A stretch of DNA of 64,000 bases. Source: an uncultured Nitrososphaerota archaeon. GTDB taxonomy: Archaea; Thermoproteota; Nitrososphaeria; Nitrososphaerales; CADDZS01. Numbering within the stretch: position 1 is the first letter of the stretch; each line of letters opens with the position of its first letter. Location of the stretch: contig CAWCYI010000006.1 of the NCBI GenBank assembly GCA_963799845.1, forward strand, positions 1,024,001 to 1,088,000, written 5' to 3'. Both the position numbers and the translations under genes were made by a program. The notes below the pieces were generated by a model. That model was not told the DNA's origin and made no database searches. It worked only from the letters and a program-made list of their open reading frames with translations. Positions 53,063 through 64,000 of this stretch are shown in pieces.

Positions 53063-54086
53063 TTATCCTAGCCTTATCTGCGGATCCACCACCACGTAGA
53101 GCACGTCGACAACGAGGTTTGCGACGACGATGACCACGGCGTAGATCAACGTAGTTGCGAGTATGCCCGCATAATCCTCAGCAGCTATTGCGCCCACGAC
53201 GTACTGGCCCAATCCTGGATACGCGAAGATGTTCTCTACAAAAAGCGTTCCTGAGACTAGCCCGTATAATATCAGAGATGAAAGAGTCAAGACTGGTATC
53301 AACGCGTTCCTCAATGCATGGTTAAAGAACACCGTGTCCTCGCCAACGCCCTTCGCCCTTGCAGTTCGAATGTAGTTTGACTGGAGGACCTGGAGTGTGG
53401 AAGCCCTCAGAATCCTTACAACTATACCAAAGGCGCCCACCGCAAGAGCCGCAGCTGGCAGAATAACATGGTACAGTGAGCTTGAGAGATACGTCCAGTT
53501 AAGTTCGAGCGCCGCGTCGAGCATGGGTATCCCAGTTATGGAAGTCGGTGGTGCTATGCCAGTAGCAACGGCCCCTCCTGCCGGTAATATTCGGAAAAAG
53601 TACGTAAAGACGATAAGGAGGAGAAGAGCCACGAAGAAGGCGGGGCTCGATACACCGGCCAGGTAGAATGCCCTGATACCATGATCTATCGGTTTGTGGG
53701 AATATCTCGCCGCCAACACTCCGAGTGGGATCCCAAGTCCCATTGCAATCAGAAACGCGAAGAACGCGATCTGAAGCGAGAATGGGAGAGTCCCTGCGAT
53801 TACCTGGACGACAGGGAGGAAGCCCCTAGAAGTTGCGTATCCGAGGTTACCATGAAAGACATTTTCGAAGTAGTAAAAGTATTGAATGTAGATTGGGTTG
53901 TTGTAATGGTATTGTGCTGAGAGCTTTGCCACAAGCTCGGGGTGCGACGTCAGCTGTTCGTCCGAGCAGAGCATCGATTGGGTTGCCCGGAATAAGGTGA
54001 GAGAGGACAAAAGTTATCGTCATGACACCCCAGAGAACAAAAATTGCAAGCGTAAGTCTTCTAATGATGTAAGGAACGAGATTCAA
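53063..54086 (-). CDS. dppB: Peptide/nickel ABC transporter permease, DppB-type
   Basis: YIIRRL, IPGNP, YIRTARAKG, HALRNALIP, DPQIR; two ORFs joined by removing one base at TCAGCT 53950-53955. Confidence 0.92.
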
Positions 54087-54301
54087 CTGTTTTGTCCAAC
54101 TGACTCTGTTAAGGCAAGTTACGCTCAATCAAGCTCAAGGGATGATCTCTCGACTTTTCGATTCTCGCGTGTACTATTCTCATCTCCTCAAGGGAGGGAA
54201 CCGAACAAAAGAGATTGTTCGAAGCTTGACACTTTACTCTGAAATGCACTGCACCTGCGACTTACATCGTATTACTCTGAACTGAAAAGAAAGGGATTAA
54301 C

Positions 54302-56417
54302 CTATGGTTGGCAGTCAACAGGCTGGCCAGGAGGAGTGACAGTGTTGAAGATGGGCGCGGTGTCAGCTCCGCTCCACATGGCGTCGAAGCAGAACCCGCC
54401 GACGGTACTTTTCTGGAATGCCACAGAGCCGTCTCCCGTCACCAACTTCAGTACTCCAATCCATATGAATGGAGCCTGATCGTAGACGCTTTGCTGGGCC
54501 GCCATTCCGAGCTGGGCTAAAGTCTGATTACCAGTACTACCTCCGAGTAGAGCATTTACGTATGCCACAGTCGCGTTGCTCTGCCAGCCCGAAAATTCAT
54601 TGGGGCAATATGCCGAGCTTTTGCACACTGTGAATTCCGCCCAATTGTCTATCGGTGTATTTTGGACTTGCCCATAGCTGGGTATACCATTGAACGCGAT
54701 GTTAGCGACCTCGGATGAGTTTGAGACTATGTCCACAGAATTGTAGAAGTTCATGTACGTCGGGTACGAGTAGACTTGAAGGTTGAGAGTTATGCCCAGA
54801 TTCGTAGCCAGCTGCGACTGGATGAAGCTCGCTATATTGGTCAATACGGTATAACCTGAGACCAAGGACACCGTTATAGTAGGGAAGGGGTTGCTGGAAT
54901 TGAAGCCGGCGTTTGTCAGCAGTTGCTGCGCGAGCGTCGTGTTGAAGGAGTATTGAGAATAGTTCCCGGGGTCATAGGCGCCGTTGCTGCTGAACCCAGG
55001 CGTCGAAGGTCCGACATATGGAGTAATTGCTCCCTGAGGAAAGACCACCTGGTCCAACAGCGTGTAATTGATCGCATGTTCGATTGCAAGTCTCACGTCC
55101 GTGATGTTAGTTGGATACCAATTAACGTTGAATGCAAGAAATGAAACGATGTTCGCCCAAGGCGGGAACTGAACCCAACCGTAGGTATTCGTGTTGCTCG
55201 TTATCAGGTTCCAGTCCGCAGACTCGATAGAAGCAATCTGTACTGCCCCTTTCGAGAGATCTGTGTATCTGGCGAGGTCATCCGCCTTATAGTACATTAT
55301 CACTTGCTTATAGTGACCCGGATCGAGAAGTGGGTTCACAGCCACCTGTCCCGCAGTAAGACTATTGCCCCAATAGTCCGGGTTCTGTGTGAACGTTACG
55401 TAGGCGTTCTGGACATAGGTGGTGATGTCGTAGGGACCCGTTCCCGGTACCGCGTTGTTTGAATAGTAACCAAATGCGGGAGTCCCATAAGCCGGGGGAC
55501 CACCGTGATTCATCACATATTGTGCGTCATAGACTTCGCCATCCAACCCGCTGAGTACTCCCAGTAAATACTGAAAAGCCAAGGTAGTGTGGAAGACCAG
55601 CGTGTACGGACCAATCACGTAGATGGGGAGGCTCCTGTTCGACATGTACGCCAATGCTGCCGCTGAAGGATCCGCGAGGCTAGACTGATTGAACATCTGG
55701 ATTGTGGCGGGACCGAAGGGGGCCATGGTAGAGAAGTTGAAGATGCCGGGATATGAATATGCAAACGCGAAAGTGACGTTATCAAACACAAAGTATGAAG
55801 TGTAGAATTGGAACCAAGCCGTGTACGCGTTGAAAGGATCACCATTCGAGAAAGTCACGTTCTGTCTGAGGTTGAACGTGTAGTTCAGACCAGCACCCTC
55901 TGGCGATACCGTCCAATTCAATGCAAGGCCGGGAAGGTCAGCTGTACGCACCGTTCTGATATTCCGCGTTTATGTTTGGGTCAACGAGCGGCTGATAGAC
56001 GTCGGACTCCCCCCAATTGGGATAGGTGAGACCGGGGAACAAGACGTTTAGGTTGTAGCTCGGCCAGAACGCGTCGTCAATATTTAACGTGCCTGAGGGT
56101 GCCGAGGTAGTTGACGAAGAGAGTGTTGAGGAAGATGTTGTTAAAGTTGTTAAGGAAGCGGGTGCCGAGGTAGTTGACGAAGAGAGTGTTGAGGAAGATG
56201 TTGTTAAAGTTGTTAAGGAAGCGGGTGCCGAGGTAGTTGACGAAGAGAGTGTTGAGGAAGATGTTGTTAAAGTTGTTAAGGAAGCGGGTGTTGACTTGGG
56301 GGTTACAGCAAAATATGCCACAGCACCAGCGAGAACGATAATCACGATAACAATTAGTGCCGTTACCGTTCGCGATATGGCTCGTGACGAGCTGCCGCTC
56401 AAGCTTTTGACGCGCAA
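54302..56417 (-). CDS. Family 5 ABC substrate-binding protein with archaeal class III-like signal and Ser/Thr linker
   Basis: RAIS plus hydrophobic helix; PGLALNW, FNLRQNVTFSNGDPFNA, GTGPY, VRLAIEHAINY; joined by removing one base at TCAGCT 55938-55943. Confidence 0.9.
56097..56290. repeat. Perfect 63-bp tandem repeat, three copies, coding
   Basis: Encodes PASLTTLTTSSSTLSSSTTSA three times in the binding-protein linker. Confidence 0.95.
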
Positions 56418-56805
56418 GATTTACGACAACACACGGTGCTCTATTATTTGTATGTTGCTAATGAGTTGGCTTCTCCCGTTTTAAGTCAGCATTGTGTTTG
56501 CCCGGGCAACTTACAAGGCGGCAACCGAAAGAAGGACCGTAAGAATAGACGAAGTAAGGTAACACATCAGTCATGATACTGGCGCATAATCGCATTAGCT
56601 AAATAGTTGAAGCATCATTATTGGAAAGGGTAACAATTTTGAGTATACGACTCTGTTAGAGGTCTTTCTTACGCAGGGATTTGTTATTCATAACTTCGCG
56701 AATTGAAGGATAACAATGCTTTTCCTTAGTTTAGTGCTGACATCTTGGAGAAAAATCCATTCCAAAGATGCTCCCGAGCCACGATAATGAATTTGGGAAT
56801 ACATC

Positions 56806-58497
56806 ATGACTTCGGAAATATTGTCGGACCCACTAAATTCAGATTCTAATCGGCTTGTCGCTATTTCTGATGCAGCTAGATTGTCATATGATGTTCTGAT
56901 TGTAGGTGGTGGAATAGTTGGAACAGGAATAGCCCGAGACGCCAGCATGCGCGGGATGTCAGTCGTCCTCTTTGATGGTCAGGACCTTTCATCGGGAACA
57001 AGCAGTAAGTCAAGTCGACTGATTCACGGAGGTTTGAGATACTTGGACACCTACGACTTTGGTCTGGTGTACAAAGATCTTCACGAAAGAGAAAAGTTAC
57101 TCCATATCGCTCCTCATCTAATCCATCCGTTGAGGTTCGTTGTTCCAAATTACGATCAGAGTACATCCCACAGGCTTCGCTTGAGGATCGGCATGACCCT
57201 TTACGACCTTCTTTCGATGGGGAAGACACTACCTTCCCATCAGATGCTTTCCTCAGATCAAGTAATTCAAATCGAGCGAAGCCTAAGAAAAGAAGAATTG
57301 CAGAATGGTGCCCTCTTTTACGATTGCCAGGCACCATTTGTTGAACGGCTATCAATCGAGAATGCCCTCTCGGCGACCGAAAATGGAGCAAAGATTTTCA
57401 CTTACGCTCAGGTCATCGGCTTTGATTCAGGAAAAAGTGGTTCGAGCATTGTGCAGGTGGAAGACGGCCTCTCTGGAGAGAAATTTAGCTTTCGCGCTCG
57501 ATGCGTAGTTAACGCGACTGGACCCTGGGCTGACTTGACACTTCATGCCTTTGAGGAAAAAAATAGCCTGAACAGACTTAGGACTACAAAGGGAATTCAT
57601 GTTGTCGTTCCACGATTGAATGAGAATGCCGTAGTTCTCTACTCCAAGTCAGACGACAGACTTCTCTTCGTGATTCCATGGCTAAATTACTCTCTGATTG
57701 GAACGACCGACACAGATTATTCCGACGATCCCGCTAAAGTCTGTCCTGATTCAAATGACATAGAATACCTAGTGAAGGAAACCGCCAAGGCGATACCGGG
57801 CGTCTCTGCTGACAAAATTCTCTTTACATATGCAGGAGTTAGGCCCCTCGTTCGCTCCGGTCGGGGTAAAAAAGAATCTTCTGTTTCTAGAAACTACAGA
57901 ATAATTGATCATTACTCGAAAAACAGGAGCGGTGGACTTATTTCACTCCTCGGCGTCAAGATAACTTCGTATCGAAGAGCATCAGAAGATGCGACTGATC
58001 TTATCTCTAGAAAGCTAAAAAACGTTAGGAAGTGTTCAACAGATATTGAACCATTGCCGGGAGGAAAGGGCATCGCTGATTACGAAGAATTTGTGAGCAT
58101 CTATTCTACTAAATTGAGAAAATATGGACTGGATGAAAAACAGATTCCTCATCTTTTGGGACTTTACGGAAGCCGCATGTCAGAGGTCACGGATATTATA
58201 GATAAGGATAAACCTCTCGTGAACAGGATCTGCCCTAACAACCCTGATGTGGAAGCACAAATAGTCTTGTCCGTAAAAAGTGAATTTGCGATCTCAGTCT
58301 CGGATTTTATGATGAGAAGAGCCCCGATTGCTTTCGGTGCCTGTCGAGGTCTAGATTGTGCAGAAACCGTTGCCCGTTGTATGGGTCGATTATTGAATTG
58401 GAGCGAAGAATCAACTCGATTTCAAGTTGAATCGTACAAGATGGAAGTAGATTCAAGAATTCCGCTCAGTTTTGGGCCCAAGAGAGCGAGCGGCTAA
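56806..58497 (+). CDS. glpD: FAD-dependent glycerol-3-phosphate dehydrogenase
   Basis: GGGIVG, GTSSKSSRLIHGGLRYL, VNATGPW, KGIH, IGTTDT, AGVRPL. Confidence 0.93.
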   Translation: MTSEILSDPLNSDSNRLVAISDAARLSYDVLIVGGGIVGTGIARDASMRGMSVVLFDGQDLSSGTSSKSSRLIHGGLRYLDTYDFGLVYKDLHEREKLLHIAPHLIHPLRFVVPNYDQSTSHRLRLRIGMTLYDLLSMGKTLPSHQMLSSDQVIQIERSLRKEELQNGALFYDCQAPFVERLSIENALSATENGAKIFTYAQVIGFDSGKSGSSIVQVEDGLSGEKFSFRARCVVNATGPWADLTLHAFEEKNSLNRLRTTKGIHVVVPRLNENAVVLYSKSDDRLLFVIPWLNYSLIGTTDTDYSDDPAKVCPDSNDIEYLVKETAKAIPGVSADKILFTYAGVRPLVRSGRGKKESSVSRNYRIIDHYSKNRSGGLISLLGVKITSYRRASEDATDLISRKLKNVRKCSTDIEPLPGGKGIADYEEFVSIYSTKLRKYGLDEKQIPHLLGLYGSRMSEVTDIIDKDKPLVNRICPNNPDVEAQIVLSVKSEFAISVSDFMMRRAPIAFGACRGLDCAETVARCMGRLLNWSEESTRFQVESYKMEVDSRIPLSFGPKRASG

Positions 58498-59971
58498 CCG
58501 CATCTTTCCACTTATCGTAAAGGCGATTACTTACTGCCTTAGTCATTCTCGGGGTAAACTCCTTATCCAGCTTCCATGATTTTGAGATTTCGTCCAAGCT
58601 TTTCCAGATTCCCGTCGACAATCCGGCGAGCAATGCAGCTCCGGAGGCAGTAGTCTCCGTCAAAAGAGGACGCTGAATTTTCACTCCCAAAATGTCCGAC
58701 TGGAACTGCATTAAGAAATCATTGGATGAGCCGCCGCCATCCGCCCTCAATACCTTAATTTCAAAATTAATGGCGTGCTTCAAACTCTCAAACACGTCTC
58801 TTGTTTGATAACAAATTGCTTCAATCGCGGATCTATACAGATGCTCTCTTGTAGTACCCCGCGTAATTCCGATAATGAGCCCCCGAGCCGTAGAATCCCA
58901 ATACGGAGCACCCAATCCTGTCAAGGCGGGGACAAAGTAAACTCCTTCATTAGAATCCAATTTTCTGGAAATTTTGAGGAAATCAGAGGATTTCCAAGAA
59001 ATTTTGAGCCCCTCCCGAAGCCATTGGAGCCCCGCGCCGGCGACCAGAACGCTTCCCTCCACGGCGTACGTCACATCGTTTCTACTCAGGCCCCATGCGA
59101 TCGTGCTCAACAAACCGTTCGGTGGATTCGAAATTCGCTGGCCAGTATTAGCGAGCAGAAAGCATCCAGTCCCGTAAGTGTTTTTCGCGAGCCCACGCCA
59201 AAACGCCGCCTGTCCGAAAAGAGATGCCTGCTGATCACCGATTACTGCTTCGATCGGAAGCCTTCTTCCAAAATATTTCTCGTTGCTTTCCCCGAAGGCA
59301 TGACTGGAGGGATGCGCCTCGGGCAAAATTTCGGGAGGAATTTTGAATAGCCTTAGTAATTCATCGTCCCAACAGAGTTTGTTTACGTCAAAAACCATAG
59401 TCCTCGACGCATTGGTATAGTCTGTTGCGTGAACAGAACCATTGGTGAGCCTAGAGAGCAAGAAGGAATCAACTGTTCCAAAATGAATTTCCCCTTTTTC
59501 CGCTCTCTTTCTTAACTTGGGAGACCTGTCAAGCAACCAACAAATCTTTGCGGCCGAAAAGTATGGATCTATTACTAGTCCAGTTTTTTTCCGGACGAGA
59601 TCAGAATATCCGGCCTCTCGGAATTCTTCACAAATTCTGTCAGCTCGTCGATCTTGCCATACGATAGCTTTGCTGACCGGCTCTAAAGTTCGTTTGTCCC
59701 AGAAGAGAGTCGTCTCCCGCTGGTTTGTTATTGCAATCGCTGTAATATTCTGTAGAGGGGCTTTCGAAATTGCGTCCCTGGCTGCGCGAATCTCCGTCTT
59801 CCAAATTTTCTCAGGATCCTGCTCCACCCAGCCAGGCTTTGGATACTCTTGTTCCAGTTCTCGCCTTGCTATCGACACAACCGATCCGGAGCCCGAAAAA
59901 AGAACAGCTTTAGAGTTGGTGGTACCCTGATCTAGCGATAGAAGCAAGTTGACGGGACCACGCGCGCTCAA
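58466..59971 (-). CDS. glpK: Glycerol kinase
   Basis: LDQGTT, ITNQRET, WQDRR, DPYFSA, NASRT, GDQQA, KNTYGTG, LGAPYWD, DGG; start is TTG 59971 or 59947. Confidence 0.95.
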   Translation of the reverse strand: MSARGPVNLLLSLDQGTTNSKAVLFSGSGSVVSIARRELEQEYPKPGWVEQDPEKIWKTEIRAARDAISKAPLQNITAIAITNQRETTLFWDKRTLEPVSKAIVWQDRRADRICEEFREAGYSDLVRKKTGLVIDPYFSAAKICWLLDRSPKLRKRAEKGEIHFGTVDSFLLSRLTNGSVHATDYTNASRTMVFDVNKLCWDDELLRLFKIPPEILPEAHPSSHAFGESNEKYFGRRLPIEAVIGDQQASLFGQAAFWRGLAKNTYGTGCFLLANTGQRISNPPNGLLSTIAWGLSRNDVTYAVEGSVLVAGAGLQWLREGLKISWKSSDFLKISRKLDSNEGVYFVPALTGLGAPYWDSTARGLIIGITRGTTREHLYRSAIEAICYQTRDVFESLKHAINFEIKVLRADGGGSSNDFLMQFQSDILGVKIQRPLLTETTASGAALLAGLSTGIWKSLDEISKSWKLDKEFTPRMTKAVSNRLYDKWKDAVSRSLSWAQN

Positions 59972-60045
59972 AAGTGGCTGACCTAAACTTTCCTGAAGGA
60001 TTTCTGGCAAGAATAAATAATCCAATCGAAATTTGTGAGTTCGAT

Positions 60046-61107
60046 ATGGATAAGGTAAGAATCGGACTGATCGGTGCTGGAATCATGGGCTCGTACGGCC
60101 ATTTCCCTGGATACATGGAAATTCCAACGAAAGCAAAGGTTGTTGCGATCTGCGACAAAAATCCCAAGGCAGTCGCAAACCTGGTTGAAAAGTCTGGGGC
60201 GAAGGGCTATTCGAGTTTTGAAGTTCTACTGAACGATTCGAATGTGGACGCGGTCGACATTTGCTTGCCTCATAATCTACATGGTCCGGTCGCGCTCTCT
60301 GCTTTGAAGGCGGGAAAGCACGTTATTGTAGAAAAGCCGTTTACAATTAACCTTGCGGAGGCTGATCAAATAATCAATGAGGCAAAATCGAGGGGGCTCA
60401 AGCTGATGGTTGCTGAAAACATGCGGTTCATAAAGGCTTACGACATCGCAAAGCGACTTGTTGACTCAAAAGTGATCGGCGAAATCTGCTACGTGCGAGG
60501 TTACACTGGAGGCCCAAATGAAGAATCTAATGACCCCTCCAACTGGAGAATTAGGGCATCGGAAGCCGGAGGAGGAACGATTATGGATGATGGAATCCAT
60601 TGTTTTTACCTGTTCAGATGGTTCGTCGGCGAAGTGAAAAGTATCTATGCCGTTACGACCAAGTATAGGAAAAGTGGTATCAGCGAAGTCGAGGATAATG
60701 CTGTGGGAACCCTCAGATTTGCGAATGGCGCTCTCGGCATCTTTGGATTTTCGACTACGACCGATTCTCCATGGACTGAAGAATTACAACTGTTCGGTAC
60801 GAAAGGGTCTATCTTCGTTGATTTCCTCGCATCAAATCCCCTCCGGGTATTTTCCACTGTTGAGAGATCTACTAACACTTCAGACTGGTGGAGTAGATAT
60901 GGAGATGTATCGTGGGAATACCCTTTTGTCGAGCATTCTACAACCGAATGGGTGACCTCGTCGATGCGGCGAGAAGTTCAGCATTTCGTGGATTGCATTC
61001 TGAACAACAAGGAACCGCTAGTAACGGGTGAAGATGGCAGAAAAGCGGTCGAGCTTTGCCTTAAAGCATACGAATCAGCGCGGATTGGAAAGGAAGTTTC
61101 AATCTAG
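60046..61107 (+). CDS. Gfo/Idh/MocA family oxidoreductase
   Basis: IGLIGAG, AGKHVIVEKP, GGGTIMDDGIH. Confidence 0.92.
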   Translation: MDKVRIGLIGAGIMGSYGHFPGYMEIPTKAKVVAICDKNPKAVANLVEKSGAKGYSSFEVLLNDSNVDAVDICLPHNLHGPVALSALKAGKHVIVEKPFTINLAEADQIINEAKSRGLKLMVAENMRFIKAYDIAKRLVDSKVIGEICYVRGYTGGPNEESNDPSNWRIRASEAGGGTIMDDGIHCFYLFRWFVGEVKSIYAVTTKYRKSGISEVEDNAVGTLRFANGALGIFGFSTTTDSPWTEELQLFGTKGSIFVDFLASNPLRVFSTVERSTNTSDWWSRYGDVSWEYPFVEHSTTEWVTSSMRREVQHFVDCILNNKEPLVTGEDGRKAVELCLKAYESARIGKEVSI

Positions 61108-61179
61108 CTCGATTTATCTCAAGGAATTCTAACTTGATGTATCATTCCTTCTAACTTTCTGGGAGTAAAATCATCCACG

Positions 61180-62001
61180 ATGCGGCTTGCTTTTGATACT
61201 AGCCTTCTAAGATCCATCCCGCTTGAAAGAGCCTTCGAGGAAATCTCAAAGGCAGGGTACACTCATATAGAGATTGGGCTCGCCCACTTCAGTGCCTCTG
61301 AATCAACCGACGAAGATGCCGCATCTTTGAGGGATGCACTTTCTAGAAACCACCTCAATTTAGCGGCACTCTGCGGCATCTACCCGCTTTCGTACCCCGA
61401 AGAGGAGGTCAGAGCGGCCGGAGTACAGCTCTATCTTAGGGCAATAGACAGAGCGCAGAGTTTAGGTTGCAAATTACTCGTTTCGGAACTAAATGGCGAT
61501 ATGGATCATAGATCTGAGAGCCAGCTTGCTTTTTTGAAGTCGTTCGATGAAATTCGTCCACATTTGGAAAAAACCGATGTAATACTTTGCTTTGAAGCAC
61601 ATCCAGGAGATTTTGTCGAATCCAATACTCTTGCCGTTGACCTGATCAAGAAGGTAAACTCAAACCAGTTACGATATCTTTTCTGCGCTCCGCATAGCTT
61701 CATTCTCGGTCGAAACATTTCCGAAATGGTGGAATATTCCAAGGAATTCATTGGATATGTCCACTTTGCCGATTCGCTTCGTCCAGAGAAAACGTTCTTT
61801 TCGGGGCGCTACTTTCCGAAAGTATTACCACACCAGCATCTTCTTCCGGGACTAGGCGATGTCGATCTTAAGAGCCTAGTTACGGTTCTGGAAGAGCTGA
61901 ATTATGGCGGATTCATCACGGTCAATCCGTTTTCGCATTTCGATCATCCAATCGAGTCGATGAAGGATTCAAAGTCGAAGACTGACGCTCTTCTAATCTA
62001 A
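61180..62001 (+). CDS. Sugar phosphate isomerase/epimerase TIM barrel (IolH-like)
   Basis: FEAHPGDF, VHFADS, HQHLLPGLGDVD. Confidence 0.85.
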   Translation: MRLAFDTSLLRSIPLERAFEEISKAGYTHIEIGLAHFSASESTDEDAASLRDALSRNHLNLAALCGIYPLSYPEEEVRAAGVQLYLRAIDRAQSLGCKLLVSELNGDMDHRSESQLAFLKSFDEIRPHLEKTDVILCFEAHPGDFVESNTLAVDLIKKVNSNQLRYLFCAPHSFILGRNISEMVEYSKEFIGYVHFADSLRPEKTFFSGRYFPKVLPHQHLLPGLGDVDLKSLVTVLEELNYGGFITVNPFSHFDHPIESMKDSKSKTDALLI

Positions 62002-62774
62002 AACTTTCCCTCTACTAGGTATTTTGAAGCACTGAATCCACCATCAACAGGCAGCGTGACTCCCGCGATGAACGACGCATCCTCAGAAGCAAGAAAAGCG
62101 ACGGCTTTTGCGATATCTTCTGGAGTCCCAGACCTTTTTACAGGAGTGTTCGCCACCATCCACGAGGAGCTCCGGGAATCCTTGTCGATCTCCTTCATCA
62201 TTCCTGTGCCAGGGACAAAACCCGGGGCGACAGCATTAACATTGATCTCAGGCCCAAGCTCGACCGCGAGAGATCGAGTCAACTGGATAATACCACCCTT
62301 CGACGCGCCGTAAGCGGCTCGCCTATTCTGCCCCAAAAGTCCGCTGATTGAGGCGATATTGACTACCTTGCCTCTCCCCTTTTCGAGCATCATCGGAGCT
62401 ACAGCCTTTACCATGTAGAACATTCCGGTCAAATTTACTCCAATAGTTCGATTCCACTCTTCATTGGGTATTTCGAGAACTTTCCTTACATATCTAATGC
62501 CAGCGTTGTTTACAAGAATATCTACCATGCCCAGATCCTTTCTGACAAGCGAAACGTTTTGCGTCACACTTTCGTAGCTTGCGACGTCGGTTTTGTACGA
62601 CTTTGATATTCCTCCCGCCTTTGTTATGATTTCTTCGGTATCCTTGGCCGTTAATTCATCAAGGTCAAAAATGGCAACTTTTGCTCCACATTTTGCAAAG
62701 TGCTCCGCTATGCCTCGCCCGATTCCGAATCCGGCACCAGTAACTAAGACGGTTTGATTTTCAAACTTATTCAA
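61998..62774 (-). CDS. Short-chain dehydrogenase/reductase
   Basis: TGAGFGIG, NNAG, YGASK, VDGG. Confidence 0.95.
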   Translation of the reverse strand: MNKFENQTVLVTGAGFGIGRGIAEHFAKCGAKVAIFDLDELTAKDTEEIITKAGGISKSYKTDVASYESVTQNVSLVRKDLGMVDILVNNAGIRYVRKVLEIPNEEWNRTIGVNLTGMFYMVKAVAPMMLEKGRGKVVNIASISGLLGQNRRAAYGASKGGIIQLTRSLAVELGPEINVNAVAPGFVPGTGMMKEIDKDSRSSSWMVANTPVKRSGTPEDIAKAVAFLASEDASFIAGVTLPVDGGFSASKYLVEGKF

Positions 62775-62993
62775 GGGATTTCTGAAATCCGATCGTCTGC
62801 GAAGATAAAAACTTTGGATGTGAAATACAATTCTAATTTTTAGTCGAAACGGTTCAGATTATCAATAGATTGTAAGCAAGAGCTAGTTGGCAATGGCTAC
62901 TTTTCATTCTAAGATCGCTTCAATTTCATCATACCCAAAGTGTTGGCGGCAAATGCTTGATAAAGGCAAGAGTTTCTTGCGTCATCGCCTTAC

Positions 62994-64000
62994 ATGGCCT
63001 TGATCAAACCTCTCGGATACAGTCCTGACCGATGCCGTAGACTTTTGGAGGAGCGAGCGCTTTCGGGAATCATTCTTACTTCTAACGACAACGTGTTCTA
63101 TTCGACAGGGCTTCCTGTAACGAGAGGACACCAGAATCCAATTCTCTTTGCACTGTCCAACAAGTTCCCACCGTACTCGGTTATTAATTCTGATGGTATG
63201 CCGGCATCAATTGTCTGGGCTGGGGCAATTGGGCATCACGAGCTTTGGACAAAGGTGGTCTTGACTTCTTTCTTCCCTAACGGGACAACAGAAGAACTAG
63301 TTCAATATGTCGAACAGATTTTTCCGCGAGGATCTAGAATTGGAATCGAGTCTACAATGCCTTATCCCCTCGCCCAGGTGATCGAGAAGAAGATCGATGG
63401 AGTCGAGTTCATAGTTGTCGATGAGCTAATGGATGAACTTAGGTTAATCAAAAGCCCCGAGGAGATATCGAAGTTGAAAGATTCTCTTGAGATCGCCGAG
63501 GCGGTAGAGGAGACCATTTTTTCTGAAATGACTTCGGCTTGGAGTGTTTTCAAACTTGTTTCCAGATCGAAGCAATTGATCTATGAGTTAGGCGGAACCG
63601 GAGTCGACCACGCGACGATAGCGATTGGGAAGAGCAATCCCGAGATACTCGAGGATTACGTAGGAGTCGCAGGAGACCTCGTAGTCCTTGATGTCGGAAG
63701 TATTCTGGATGGTTATGTGTCCGACACTAGGAGACTGGCGCATCTCGGCGAGATTCCAGTAGAACTAGCAGATCTTAACAAGACCATAGCCGACATTGTC
63801 ATGGAAACTGGCAAGTCTCTTCGGCCCGGACGTACTTTTTCAGAAATCTGTGCCGAAGTAGAAGCAAGATATCTGGAGCACGGGCGAGATCCTCTTTTCC
63901 TTAGCGCCGGGCACACTATTGGAATCCAGACAGAGGAAGTCTGGTTGACGAGGGAGTCGACCAGGAAAGTCCAAGAAAATATGATCTTTAACGTCGAACT
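62994..64000 (+). CDS. M24 family (Xaa-Pro-type) peptidase, truncated by window end
   Basis: Manual translation: NVFYSTG, LRLIKSPEEI, LDVGSILDGYVSDTRR, GHTIG, FNVE. Confidence 0.88.
   Translation, partial: MALIKPLGYSPDRCRRLLEERALSGIILTSNDNVFYSTGLPVTRGHQNPILFALSNKFPPYSVINSDGMPASIVWAGAIGHHELWTKVVLTSFFPNGTTEELVQYVEQIFPRGSRIGIESTMPYPLAQVIEKKIDGVEFIVVDELMDELRLIKSPEEISKLKDSLEIAEAVEETIFSEMTSAWSVFKLVSRSKQLIYELGGTGVDHATIAIGKSNPEILEDYVGVAGDLVVLDVGSILDGYVSDTRRLAHLGEIPVELADLNKTIADIVMETGKSLRPGRTFSEICAEVEARYLEHGRDPLFLSAGHTIGIQTEEVWLTRESTRKVQENMIFNVE

Overview
Accessory-rich 64 kb segment of an archaeal genome. Frequent TTG/GTG starts, BRE/TATA-like promoters, an F420-dependent LLM enzyme, a Sulfolobus-type gluconate dehydratase, TrmB, DUF123 and DUF3227-like domains suggest a heterotrophic Nitrososphaerota/TACK lineage (inference). 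It holds catabolic genes (GH15 glucoamylase, gad, CoxL-like molybdoenzyme, glpK/glpD, peptide ABC transporter, oxidoreductases), three VapBC pairs, Thr-rich or beta-propeller-like surface proteins, several gene remnants and three intact IS elements (IS630, IS66, IS110). Highlights: (1) the IS110 element carries a structured ~180-nt non-coding RNA whose four 7-nt guides can be read directly against its own target and donor junctions (CT core), i.e. a decodable archaeal bridge RNA; (2) a cNMP / PqqD(RRE)-M50 peptidase / small peptide / TrmB module that may be an archaeal peptide-maturation system; (3) eight apparent frameshifts fall exactly on TAGCT/AGCTA sites, probably a sequencing footprint of AGCT methylation, alongside a dispersed family of AGCT-phased non-coding repeats; (4) an unannotated B-box-like zinc-finger microprotein. 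All family assignments are by motif recognition without database searches.
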